Part shown: positions 1 through 8,829 of the stretch, piece after piece | How positions within the stretch are numbered: the stretch's first letter is position 1 | How the letters are laid out: every line of letters starts with the position of its first letter | DNA from: Candidatus Parvarchaeum sp. | Lineage (GTDB): Archaea; Nanobdellota; Nanobdellia; Parvarchaeales; Parvarchaeaceae | Assembly: GCA_049965555.1 (NCBI GenBank) | Contig: JBMFWF010000001.1 | Location: 32,001-96,000 of the forward strand | Length of the DNA stretch: 64,000 nt | Reading direction: 5' to 3' | The notes under the pieces: generated by a model | The model's input: the letters and a program-made list of their open reading frames with translations, nothing else | What the model was told of the DNA's origin: nothing | The model's database searches: none | Translations under genes and position numbers: made by a program

Positions 1-61
1 AGACTAAAAGGAGCGTTATTCCCAAGATGACGGCTATGACATAAAACCAGACGGATTCCAT
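1..61 (-). CDS. Partial small membrane protein (MESVWFYVIAVILGITLLLV...), runs off the left edge of the window
   Basis: Manual translation. ATG at 61 lies just after the TAG (63-65) of the upstream ORF; the N-terminus is hydrophobic. Confidence 0.55.
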   Translation of the reverse strand, partial: MESVWFYVIAVILGITLLLV

Positions 62-62
62 G

Positions 63-203
63 CTATATGTTTGGAACTGTCGGTATGAGTTTATGTATTG
101 TGGCTGGCGAGAACAAGAAGAGGTAGAACACTATCAATAGTATGAGAACTATCAGCGTTATTATTATAAGCAGTATATAGCTTTCTACCCCTTTATTATT
201 CAT
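63..203 (-). CDS. Tiny pilin-like protein, 46 aa (MNNKGVESYILLIIITLIVLILLIVFYLFLFSPATIHKLIPTVPNI)
   Basis: Manual translation. MNNKG followed by a ~22-residue hydrophobic helix resembles a class III signal peptide; overlaps the upstream ORF by 8 nt. Confidence 0.7.
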   Translation of the reverse strand: MNNKGVESYILLIIITLIVLILLIVFYLFLFSPATIHKLIPTVPNI

Positions 204-366
204 AACCGCTCACATTTAGACTATTTGACTTCGATATAAATACTTTAAAGAGATTCGTAAATTTGTACGGCGTAAAAAGCTCTAAAAATATAACTATAAG
301 CAGTATCCCGATTATTATCAAAATTATGTACAGAAAAACCCCGCTTACAACACCTTTGTCATTCAT
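196..366 (-). CDS. Tiny pilin-like protein, 56 aa (MNDKGVVSGVFLYIILIIIGILLIVIFLELFTPYKFTNLFKVFISKSNSLNVSGYE)
   Basis: Manual translation. MNDKG plus hydrophobic helix; ATGA overlap with the upstream ORF. Confidence 0.7.
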   Translation of the reverse strand: MNDKGVVSGVFLYIILIIIGILLIVIFLELFTPYKFTNLFKVFISKSNSLNVSGYE

Positions 367-536
367 ATGCCCTTGCCGTAAAGCCAGCTAAATGAGAAAA
401 CGCTCGTCATATCCTTTGCGATCGTTGAACCGGCTCCTGTAAATATTAAACCTATTATTATACCTGCAAACAAAACTATAATTGCCAGTATTATAGCAAT
501 TATCTCGGTTATAGGCATCTGTCCTTTGTTGTTCAT
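363..536 (-). CDS. Tiny pilin-like protein, 57 aa (MNNKGQMPITEIIAIILAIIVLFAGIIIGLIFTGAGSTIAKDMTSVFSFSWLYGKGI)
   Basis: Manual translation. KG|Q cleavage-like site, an early Glu and a hydrophobic helix; starts 2 nt after the stop of the 575-aa ORF. Confidence 0.75.
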   Translation of the reverse strand: MNNKGQMPITEIIAIILAIIVLFAGIIIGLIFTGAGSTIAKDMTSVFSFSWLYGKGI

Positions 537-538
537 AA

Positions 539-2266
539 TCAATTCACCGAAAAAGGAGGCTTCCAGTTCAAAAGGCCAACTCTCTTCTTTAACTCATCAT
601 ATATATATGCGGCATCTTTATCGGCAATAAACAAACCAAGCTCAAGTGCTCTTTTAATATCGGATTGTGTAAAACGCTTTGAATTGACAAGCATTTCATA
701 TATCTCTGCCTGCTCTGCAGAAAAACTTGCCTTGTGTTTTTCGGCAGAGGATATTGTAGAAAATGACTTTGAAATGCCTGAAAAGTCGTCCTTAAATGCC
801 CTATAAATGTCCATAAAAGCGTATTCCTTCTGAGGCTTCTTCTCTTTTTTCTTCTTTTCTTCTTCATCAGCTTCCTTAACGTATTTGTCAATATCGGCCT
901 GTATAACGCTGAGAGAACGAAAAATTGCCTGATCGACGGCCGCAAACACAGTTTTCTGTATATTTGCGATGTGCGCCTTCTTATAAAGGTAGTACTCTTC
1001 TGGTGTAAAGCAGTATGGAAACATGTTGAAGTATATCGTTCCTTCATAAGGAGGCTGAAGAGCTTCCTTGCTTGGCTTTTCCTTAAAGTCCATCTTCAAT
1101 TTTATTGCCATTATTACAAGCGGCCCGTATTTTTTTATCCTGTCATAAATGAATGATCTTTTATTCTCTTCATATCCTCTTGAAATTAGGTTGCTGGCTA
1201 TGCTTTTAGGCTCTGCCTTTATTGGTATTTCTGGGCCCTTGTTTTTAAACAGCCTAACGTACTCTGCATCGTACTCTTTTGCATATATCGGCTTGCTTCC
1301 GACAGCAGTTACAGAAAAACTTTCATTCTCGAATATATCTGGCTTGCTTGCGCCCTCTACGTATCTTTCTGCATTTTTAGATGTTTTAAAGCCCATCTTC
1401 GCAAGGAGCGAAAGATAAGTTGAGCACCAATCGACATATAAGTTGAATGAGCCCATCTGGCTCTTAAGATATTGCAGAAGCATGCTTTTCCTGTTTCTAA
1501 GGTCATTACCATTTATTTCTTTCCATTTTTCATACTCAATGTACCTATTTTTCAGTATATTTTTATACTGCTCATTTCTATCGATATTCTGCACATCTTT
1601 CAAACTTTTAACCTGGTAAAAAACCGACATTATATCTATAAATCCTGGCCCCCCCTGACTTTGAGTTGGAGACCTGGAAAGCGCAGAAAGACTTGCTCCG
1701 CCCTTTCTTGAATCAACATTGTCCAAAAACACCCTTTTTAATGCGAGTTCCGCTGCCTCTGCTTTTTCTTTGTCCGTATCCTTTAATTCATCATATAAGT
1801 ATAGGTTCCTTTCAAGCTCCTTAAGTTCGTAGATTATAGCTATAATAGATTTAAGAACAGTGTTTATATTCCCAAGAAGCTGCATTACTCTGTCTTCCAA
1901 GTTCTTCCTTTTCTCAAAAACCATGTTCATTAAACTAGACAAGGAAGAAGGATCAACCGATTCTGCAGTTCTTATGGATCTATAACCCAATGCTCCAAAC
2001 ATCTGCATAACAGAGTAGTACTCAGGCTGAAAATGGTATCTTTTGTATATATCCTTTGTGAACTTATAGCCTTCCGGGTTGCCAACAAACCCTGGGTTTG
2101 GTATTTCTTCCCCGGAGGCGTACCTGAAATCAATCTCGCCCCTGTAGTGAGAATCGCTGCTGGAAGCCCTTGCTTCTAATTCGCTTATCCATTTTTGTAT
2201 GTAGTTAACATCTGTTTTTGGGTCATTGAACTTCTTTGCTATCTCGCTTATCTCCCGTATGTTCAT
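539..2266 (-). CDS. Hypothetical protein, 575 aa, soluble and helical/coiled-coil rich; heads the micro-pilin operon
   Basis: Long ORF with no recognisable catalytic motif; TATA-like TTTAAA about 25 nt upstream. Confidence 0.8.
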   Translation of the reverse strand: MNIREISEIAKKFNDPKTDVNYIQKWISELEARASSSDSHYRGEIDFRYASGEEIPNPGFVGNPEGYKFTKDIYKRYHFQPEYYSVMQMFGALGYRSIRTAESVDPSSLSSLMNMVFEKRKNLEDRVMQLLGNINTVLKSIIAIIYELKELERNLYLYDELKDTDKEKAEAAELALKRVFLDNVDSRKGGASLSALSRSPTQSQGGPGFIDIMSVFYQVKSLKDVQNIDRNEQYKNILKNRYIEYEKWKEINGNDLRNRKSMLLQYLKSQMGSFNLYVDWCSTYLSLLAKMGFKTSKNAERYVEGASKPDIFENESFSVTAVGSKPIYAKEYDAEYVRLFKNKGPEIPIKAEPKSIASNLISRGYEENKRSFIYDRIKKYGPLVIMAIKLKMDFKEKPSKEALQPPYEGTIYFNMFPYCFTPEEYYLYKKAHIANIQKTVFAAVDQAIFRSLSVIQADIDKYVKEADEEEKKKKEKKPQKEYAFMDIYRAFKDDFSGISKSFSTISSAEKHKASFSAEQAEIYEMLVNSKRFTQSDIKRALELGLFIADKDAAYIYDELKKRVGLLNWKPPFSVN

Positions 2267-2416
2267 AAATCTTATTAGATACTCTTAATTTAAATAATGT
2301 TATATACAAATGCGCATATTAGAGGGCTTATCATTTTATACAAAAAACTAGCAAAATGAAAAAATTAGCAAAGACTTATAAATAATCAGAGTCATAATCA
2401 CATAAATGGAGGTATT

Positions 2417-3502
2417 ATGCATCAAACAGAGAACATAAATCCGATAGAAGCGACTTTAAACAAGCTTTTTTCGACAATAGACGCACTGTCGTCAAAAATA
2501 GATGAACTTAATGAAAGAGTAGATTATATGGGCTCGTTTATAGGTCTAGAAATTGGGGAAGGTGAAAACGCTGAATCAGTTGAACCGCCAGGACAGCTTG
2601 CGGGCTTATCATTTGACATATTAAATAAGGTTCTCCCATCTAAGGATGCAAACTCAATAAGAGCGTATTTCCTAAGGGTTTTAAGCCTTTTCAGAAGATA
2701 TATAAAATCGATAGTTATATTCGGCAGCTCGAAGACAAAGACTGGCATGACAAGCACTTCTGATATAGACGTCGCATTCATAGTTGATGATACAGACATA
2801 CAAAAATTCACTCTTGAACAACTTAGGGATAGGTTGTTCGCGAAAATGGCCGAGATAGCAAGGGATTTCTCTGACAAAATACATGCACAGGCATACCCTC
2901 TTTCTGAATTCTGGGGTTCAATAATAAAGCCTAATCCTGTCATACTTACTTTGTTAAGAGACGGTGTAGCAGTCTACGATACCGGTTTCTTTGTCCCTAT
3001 ACAGATGCTTTACAAAACTGGAAATATAATACCGACAGTAGAGTCTATAAACGCAAATGTGGAAAATGCAGAGGGCCTTATAATGCTTGCTGAAAATGTA
3101 TTGACTACGAAACTGAGTTTGGACCTATACAATTCAGTGGTTGCAGCTGGCCAGGCCCTATTGATGGAATATGGATATCTGCCGCCAGTACCAAAACAGG
3201 TTGCTAAAGAATTAGAGGACATAGCTGTAGCAAAGGAAAAAGTGCTTACACATGAGGATGTAGAAAAGGTGGATGAGATAGTGAAATGGTTTAAGAGGAT
3301 AGATCATGGGGAAGTCAAAGAAATAACTGGTGAGGAGTTCGACAAAAAGCTAAAAGACAGCAAGTACATTGTAGAAAAGATAACTTCTATAATAGAAAAA
3401 CTAAGGGAGAAGAAAGGAGAAGCGAAACCTATAATAGACAAAGATTTATTAAAGCAAACTGACAAAGAAATAAAGGATAAATACCTGCAAAAGGAGGAAT
3501 GA
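2417..3502 (+). CDS. Pol-beta-type nucleotidyltransferase (MNT) fused to a HEPN-like helical domain
   Basis: IVIFGS...SDIDV (GS-x-DxD) motif and a C-terminal helical bundle; GGAGG Shine-Dalgarno upstream. Confidence 0.75.
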   Translation: MHQTENINPIEATLNKLFSTIDALSSKIDELNERVDYMGSFIGLEIGEGENAESVEPPGQLAGLSFDILNKVLPSKDANSIRAYFLRVLSLFRRYIKSIVIFGSSKTKTGMTSTSDIDVAFIVDDTDIQKFTLEQLRDRLFAKMAEIARDFSDKIHAQAYPLSEFWGSIIKPNPVILTLLRDGVAVYDTGFFVPIQMLYKTGNIIPTVESINANVENAEGLIMLAENVLTTKLSLDLYNSVVAAGQALLMEYGYLPPVPKQVAKELEDIAVAKEKVLTHEDVEKVDEIVKWFKRIDHGEVKEITGEEFDKKLKDSKYIVEKITSIIEKLREKKGEAKPIIDKDLLKQTDKEIKDKYLQKEE

Positions 3503-3503
3503 T

Positions 3504-3755
3504 ATGGCAAAACTTTTATCGTATAGAAGGGGAAGGAAAACTCAAAAAGTCAATCAAGCAATAGCAAAAATAGACAAGGTCGACAGCAGAGAAGAGGCAA
3601 AAAAATTTATAGGGAAAAAGGTTGAGATCGCATTCTCCAAGTCATCAATAAAAGGCGTTATAGTTAAAGCCCATGGCGGAAAGGGCAGGGTAGTAATAAG
3701 GTTCAGAAGAGGCCTTCCAGGCCAGGCGATGAACCAAGAGATAAAGCTTTCTTAG
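3504..3755 (+). CDS. rpl35ae: 50S ribosomal protein L35Ae
   Basis: YRRG..TQ..NQ, GKKV and AHG..G.V..RF...LPGQA motifs. Confidence 0.93.
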   Translation: MAKLLSYRRGRKTQKVNQAIAKIDKVDSREEAKKFIGKKVEIAFSKSSIKGVIVKAHGGKGRVVIRFRRGLPGQAMNQEIKLS

Positions 3756-3757
3756 TT

Positions 3758-4828
3758 TTATTTCAAACGCACCGTATTTAAAAGATCTTGGAAACTACCG
3801 GCTGTTCTAAAGCCCTTTGGAGATAAGACCGTTCTGTCTTTGAAGCTTGACATAGGCAGTTCTGGCTGTTTCAGAAATGAAGAAATCTCGCTTGTAGTGT
3901 AGTACGAGAAAACATCCAATTCCTTTAAAACGGCTGTAAGATACTTTGACAATTTTGCAATTGAATCTTTAGAAAGGTTTGCTTTGTTTTCCTTTATACT
4001 AGAAAGCATAATGTTTACATCTTTTCTGCTGTATAAAGGCCCAAGCCATAACTTTCCAATCTTATGCATTTTAGAGCCGCAATAACTGCATTTGATTGCA
4101 GCGGCAGTCTGCCTTGACGGGCACTTGCTGCATTGATACGCATATCCAATGCTTCCTTTCAATTTAGAATTAGTCGACTTGAAATATACTCTTATAAAAT
4201 TGCCTTCAAAATTGAAAATGATGGGCAGAAGAGTGATAGAGTGCATCTTAGCGGCTTCTAATACCTTTTTTATAAGTATTCTTATCGCAAGCTCGTTGCT
4301 GTATGAAGTTTTAAGTGAAACTGAGTTGTACTTCCGCAAGCATGCTTTCTTTGCACTGCCCATTAAAGCGGCCGTATCAGTTGCACTTACGGCGAGAATT
4401 CCTCCCTTTCTAAGAAATTCAAGCGAAGAATCGAGATAAAAAACAGGTGAGCCGAAAGGATCAATGTCTATGTAATCGTATTTTTTACTTGATTTAAAGG
4501 AAGCTGCATCCATGCTTGTTACAATTTTATCTGTTTTTAAAAGCTTCCTCTTGTTTATTTCTATATTGCGTTCTATTATTTCCCTTGATTTTATGTCATT
4601 GAAATCAAAAGCAGAAAACTTTCCTGTTTCAATGCACAGCCTCAAAGCCCTAATGCCACTGCCGGAAAAAAGCTCCAAACCCGTAGAATTTTCGCGCATT
4701 AAAGAAGAAACTAGGAGTACATTGAGGTCTCTGTCAAATTTTCTTTTTGGATTGAAGAATACTTCCGCCTTTTTAAGCTGTTTGTCTTCTGCAAAAAACC
4801 TGACTTTGCCTTCACTAAAAAAATCCAT
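3758..4828 (-). CDS. trm1: tRNA (guanine-26-N2)-dimethyltransferase Trm1
   Basis: VFFNP...RDL, SGSGIRALR, DIDPFGSP, SATDTA, a Zn knuckle and LWLGPL. Confidence 0.92.
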   Translation of the reverse strand: MDFFSEGKVRFFAEDKQLKKAEVFFNPKRKFDRDLNVLLVSSLMRENSTGLELFSGSGIRALRLCIETGKFSAFDFNDIKSREIIERNIEINKRKLLKTDKIVTSMDAASFKSSKKYDYIDIDPFGSPVFYLDSSLEFLRKGGILAVSATDTAALMGSAKKACLRKYNSVSLKTSYSNELAIRILIKKVLEAAKMHSITLLPIIFNFEGNFIRVYFKSTNSKLKGSIGYAYQCSKCPSRQTAAAIKCSYCGSKMHKIGKLWLGPLYSRKDVNIMLSSIKENKANLSKDSIAKLSKYLTAVLKELDVFSYYTTSEISSFLKQPELPMSSFKDRTVLSPKGFRTAGSFQDLLNTVRLK

Positions 4829-4879
4829 AATAATAAAAAGGCATGTAGGTCTTTAATAAGATTTTTTTGACACTGCAGT

Positions 4880-5803
4880 TTAATCGTCTATCTTAAACCT
4901 TTCCTTAAGGTTTAAGACCCTGTAAAGCTCTTTGTACCTGTTTCTTATCGTGACTTCAGTTATTCCTGCAGCTTTTGCAGCATCTCTTTGTGTCTTCTTC
5001 TCTTTGTTTATCAAAGTTGCAACATAAAGCACTGCCGCTGCTATGCCCATCGGGCCCTTTCCACTGGTAAGTCCTTTTTCCTCTGCCTCTTTAAGCAGTT
5101 TCACTGCATCTGAAACAGTCTTATTCGAAACTCCTAATTCAGAAGCGAATTTATAGATGTAATCACTTGGCGATGTTGGAAGTATTTTTATACCAAGCTC
5201 CCTGCAAAGCAGCCTGTAGGCCTTTCCGACTTCTTTTCTTTCAACTTCAAACGTATCTGAAATCTCATCCAATGTAATAGGCCTGTTGTGTTTCCTTGCA
5301 GCAGCGTAAAGAGCACCCGCAATGACGCTTTCCATTGACCTGCCCCTTACTAATCTCCTTGTTATAGCCTCTCTGTACATTTTAGCCGCTTCTTCTTGTA
5401 TTATATTTGAAACATGTAAACGATTACTTGCATGCCTTAACTCCGTAAGTGCAAACTTTAAATTCCTTTCATAAGCAGTGGATATCCTTGGCTGCCATTT
5501 TCTTAATTTATAGAATGTTCTTCTGTTAGCATTTGAAAGCTTTATAGATTCGCTTGCCTTTCCTATAACAGTGCTTGTGCCCTTGTCATATTTTGCATAG
5601 CTTAATGGAGAACCCATTCTTCCTTTTCCTTCATCTCTCTCGTCTTCGAAAGAACGCCATTCTCTGCCATAGTCTATGGTATCGCTCTCTATTACATATC
5701 CACAGTTCTGGCAGACTAACTCTCCAGTTGTTTTATCGTAGATAACTTCATCACTTCCACAGGAAGGACATTTAACATTGTATTTGCTTGTAACGACTTT
5801 CAT
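4880..5803 (-). CDS. tfb: Transcription initiation factor IIB (TFB)
   Basis: CPSC...CQNC Zn ribbon, EWRSF, RGRS and C-terminal GITEVTIRNRYKEL. Confidence 0.97.
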   Translation of the reverse strand: MKVVTSKYNVKCPSCGSDEVIYDKTTGELVCQNCGYVIESDTIDYGREWRSFEDERDEGKGRMGSPLSYAKYDKGTSTVIGKASESIKLSNANRRTFYKLRKWQPRISTAYERNLKFALTELRHASNRLHVSNIIQEEAAKMYREAITRRLVRGRSMESVIAGALYAAARKHNRPITLDEISDTFEVERKEVGKAYRLLCRELGIKILPTSPSDYIYKFASELGVSNKTVSDAVKLLKEAEEKGLTSGKGPMGIAAAVLYVATLINKEKKTQRDAAKAAGITEVTIRNRYKELYRVLNLKERFKIDD

Positions 5804-5918
5804 AAGATTTATATAGTATGATACTAGCTAGTATTTAAAGCTTTCGTTTTATGCTATTTTATCAGCTTATTGTTCAAATCTTTTATTTTTAAATACCTTA
5901 AACGGAGCATTTATATTA

Positions 5919-7625
5919 TTAAGAAACACTGCCAAAAGAAACCGATGGCATAACTCCGTTTGGAGGAGCTGATGGTGAGTAATACGTAACAGGATTATTG
6001 CTCCACAAAGCTGTATAAGCGCCCCCTCCATCTTCATAGTAATCTAGCTCTAGTCTTACTGAGCCAACAGTAGAGATAGTTCCTGAGTAAGTAGTGAAAC
6101 CTTGAGTATGCCAAGCAGAAATTACATTATCTGGAACTGTCGTGCCACCTAGCCAATAAGCACCATTAGAGCTAGAAGCGGAAGTAGAATAACTTAGAGC
6201 AATACCATCGTCAGTTCCTTCGTAGAAGGTTGTAGAGGAATTAATTATTGCCCAGCCTATTGCTTTTATAATCCAGCTATAGTCATTTTCACTTACTCCT
6301 GCAGAATCTGGATTAGAAATAGGAGGATTTGGATATGGAGCTCCACCTGAATAACCATATTGATAGTTCATAACTACATAATTCTCTGTAGTGCCATCAA
6401 CGTTTTGAGAAGTTCCTTCTGCTGGAGTGTAGAAGGGATTTGTTGAAGAAGTAAAGGTTGCACAAGATTGAATGCTTACACCATTATTCAAAGTAGCAGC
6501 GTATACATTGTTTTGGTACCCATTAGAATCGCAAGTTGAGGTTGGATAAACGTAAATTTGGTATTCTAATCCTGGATTCATTACACTAGCTATATCATTA
6601 TATTCATAATAAGTAGGACTTAGCTGAGGCGCCTCCCCTGTGTTTACTGTGTTTAAAACATTACTGCTTTCTGGGAAAAAATCCATATAAACAGTTGTGG
6701 ATGTAAAACTGCCTAATTTAAGCCAATATGCAACTATCTGTGTGCTTGATGTGCCATTTTCCCTCCAACTTGGGATTACTGTCCCATTAGGGTATAAAAA
6801 TTCTATATTTTGGAGATTCGAAGCCGCATAAGAGCTGTAATCATTCATGTTTACTGTAACTTCTTGTTGAAATGGATTTGAAGTAGCAGAAGAAGATGTT
6901 ATAGTTAGTGGGACATAAGCTACTGGTTGCTGAGAAGAAACGCATTGAGATGCATAATCCCCTGAGTTTGAGGGAGTAACCTCGATAACGTACTCTGAAT
7001 GGTAAGCAGAAGCTACAACGCTTCCAGAAGCCGTACTTGGTGATGACGAAGAAGTTGAGCTAATTGAACTTCCAAGGTAAACTCCATTCGTTGAAAAAAC
7101 GCTGATATTAAATGTAACTGGAGAATTCGTAGGCAGAAATGAAGAATTATAAAATTCTAAATTGTATGATATTGTGGTACCCGAAGCTGTATATGATTGA
7201 GAAATATAAGAAATAGCGAATCTCAAACCTAAAATAGCACTGCCGTTAACTGTCTTTACAAATGCATCAAAAGTTCCTCCCGACAAAGGCAGCATTCCTG
7301 ATACATTTTCTGCTGGTTTTGACACGCCCAGTTCAGTAGTAGTTTGTAACTTTATTATATTTCCACAAAAGAAAGAGTATTGTGGTTCAAGCAAAGGCAC
7401 AGTAATCGGAAAAGTCTGCATTGATCCTGGGCCCTGGGAAGCCACATAATTAACTTCATTTGCAAGGTTGTTTGCAGCGGTGGTTATCTGGCTGGCGGAA
7501 GAGCTTAAAGCAAATGAACCGTAAAAAAGCATTACATATACTACAAATGCAGCAATAATGCTTATGCCAATACCTATTACTATTACATATTCTGCTGAGT
7601 ACTGGCCTTTTTTAAGATACGACAT
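5919..7625 (-). CDS. Class III signal-peptide surface protein with DUF2341-like and PA14-like domains
   Basis: KKG|QYSAEY plus hydrophobic helix; PFQQEVTVN...LQNIEF..PNG..IPSW.E (DUF2341-like); TDDG...LDYYEDGGGA (PA14-like); Ser/Thr rich. Confidence 0.75.
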   Translation of the reverse strand: MSYLKKGQYSAEYVIVIGIGISIIAAFVVYVMLFYGSFALSSSASQITTAANNLANEVNYVASQGPGSMQTFPITVPLLEPQYSFFCGNIIKLQTTTELGVSKPAENVSGMLPLSGGTFDAFVKTVNGSAILGLRFAISYISQSYTASGTTISYNLEFYNSSFLPTNSPVTFNISVFSTNGVYLGSSISSTSSSSPSTASGSVVASAYHSEYVIEVTPSNSGDYASQCVSSQQPVAYVPLTITSSSATSNPFQQEVTVNMNDYSSYAASNLQNIEFLYPNGTVIPSWRENGTSSTQIVAYWLKLGSFTSTTVYMDFFPESSNVLNTVNTGEAPQLSPTYYEYNDIASVMNPGLEYQIYVYPTSTCDSNGYQNNVYAATLNNGVSIQSCATFTSSTNPFYTPAEGTSQNVDGTTENYVVMNYQYGYSGGAPYPNPPISNPDSAGVSENDYSWIIKAIGWAIINSSTTFYEGTDDGIALSYSTSASSSNGAYWLGGTTVPDNVISAWHTQGFTTYSGTISTVGSVRLELDYYEDGGGAYTALWSNNPVTYYSPSAPPNGVMPSVSFGSVS

Positions 7626-7662
7626 AAATATTAATATTTGTCATTTAAGTATTAAATATTGA
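7626..7662. promoter_or_regulatory. 37-bp divergent intergenic region with two interleaved TATA-like boxes (leaderless promoters)
   Basis: ATTAATAT near 7630-7637 and ATTAAATA near 7651-7658, each about 26-33 nt from the start codon of the gene on the far side. Confidence 0.45.
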
Positions 7663-8811
7663 ATGGTATCTGACAATAAAATAAAAATAGCAATATTTGT
7701 CCCTTGGATAAAAAGCAAGGGAGGGGTTGAAAGGGCGATTCTAAAAGTTTTGGAGGACAAAAAATACGAAAGTGATGTTTTTACTTTTTTTTATGACAAA
7801 GAAAATACATTCGATGACTTCAAAAAATACAATGTTAAGGTACTTGGAAATGCGGATCCAGAAGGCTTCCTAAAAAGGGGATTTAACCTTTTCAAAGCGC
7901 TAATACTTACAAAGATACCTAACTTAGAAGATTATGACATCTTCATGATTTCAACTGCGGGGATAGCTGAATTCATAACATTTAGAAATAGGCATAATAA
8001 AACGGTTGCAATGTGCCATACCCCTTTAAGGGTTGCACACACGATGTATAGTTATTACAGAATGCAAAACTTGAAAAATAAGATCTCTTTACCGATTATA
8101 GTTTCATTCTATAAGCTCTTAGAAAAGGCTGCATGGAGAAGGATAGATTATGCGCTTGTTTTCAGCAATGAAGTTAAGGAAAGACTAGTCAACTATAAAC
8201 TGATGAACAAAGAAAGAATATTCAACCTTGGCCCGCATGTAAATTATTCCAAGATAAAAAAAGGAGGTAAAACTGAGAAAATAATCTTTTATCCTAGCAG
8301 GTTCATAAGATACAAAAGACAAGAACTTGCAATAAAAGCGTTCAATCTTTCTAATATGCCTAAAAAGGGCTTTAAATTGGTTTTAGGCGGCTTCGTAGAG
8401 GACAGGGAATACTTTGAAAGCTTGAAAAGACTTGAAAGCAAACATATAATAGTAAAGGAGAACCTGTCAGAAAAAGAACTTACAGACCTTTACAGGAAAT
8501 GTTATATAACATTATTCTTAGCAATAAACGAGGATACGGGACTTACTCCACTAGAATCACTTGCGTATGGAAAGCCAGTTATTTCAGTAAATGAAGGGGG
8601 CCCTAAAGAATTTATAAAAAATGAAGTGAATGGCCTGCTTGTAAATGCGGATGAAAGAAGCGTAGCTGATGCCCTTGACAAGGTACTTGATAAAAAGCTA
8701 TATGCAAAATTGGTAGATGGTGCAAAGAAATCAATAAGATACGATGAAAAAAGGTTTATGAAAAATCTGGAAAGCGCAATATCTTCAATCCTAGAAAAAG
8801 CTTATAAATAA
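7663..8811 (+). CDS. Glycosyltransferase family 4 (GT-B)
   Basis: N-terminal GGVER, YKRQELAI and EDTGLTPLESLAYGKPVI (E-x7-E). Confidence 0.92.
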   Translation: MVSDNKIKIAIFVPWIKSKGGVERAILKVLEDKKYESDVFTFFYDKENTFDDFKKYNVKVLGNADPEGFLKRGFNLFKALILTKIPNLEDYDIFMISTAGIAEFITFRNRHNKTVAMCHTPLRVAHTMYSYYRMQNLKNKISLPIIVSFYKLLEKAAWRRIDYALVFSNEVKERLVNYKLMNKERIFNLGPHVNYSKIKKGGKTEKIIFYPSRFIRYKRQELAIKAFNLSNMPKKGFKLVLGGFVEDREYFESLKRLESKHIIVKENLSEKELTDLYRKCYITLFLAINEDTGLTPLESLAYGKPVISVNEGGPKEFIKNEVNGLLVNADERSVADALDKVLDKKLYAKLVDGAKKSIRYDEKRFMKNLESAISSILEKAYK

Positions 8812-8829
8812 TACAAAGTAATACTTTGT

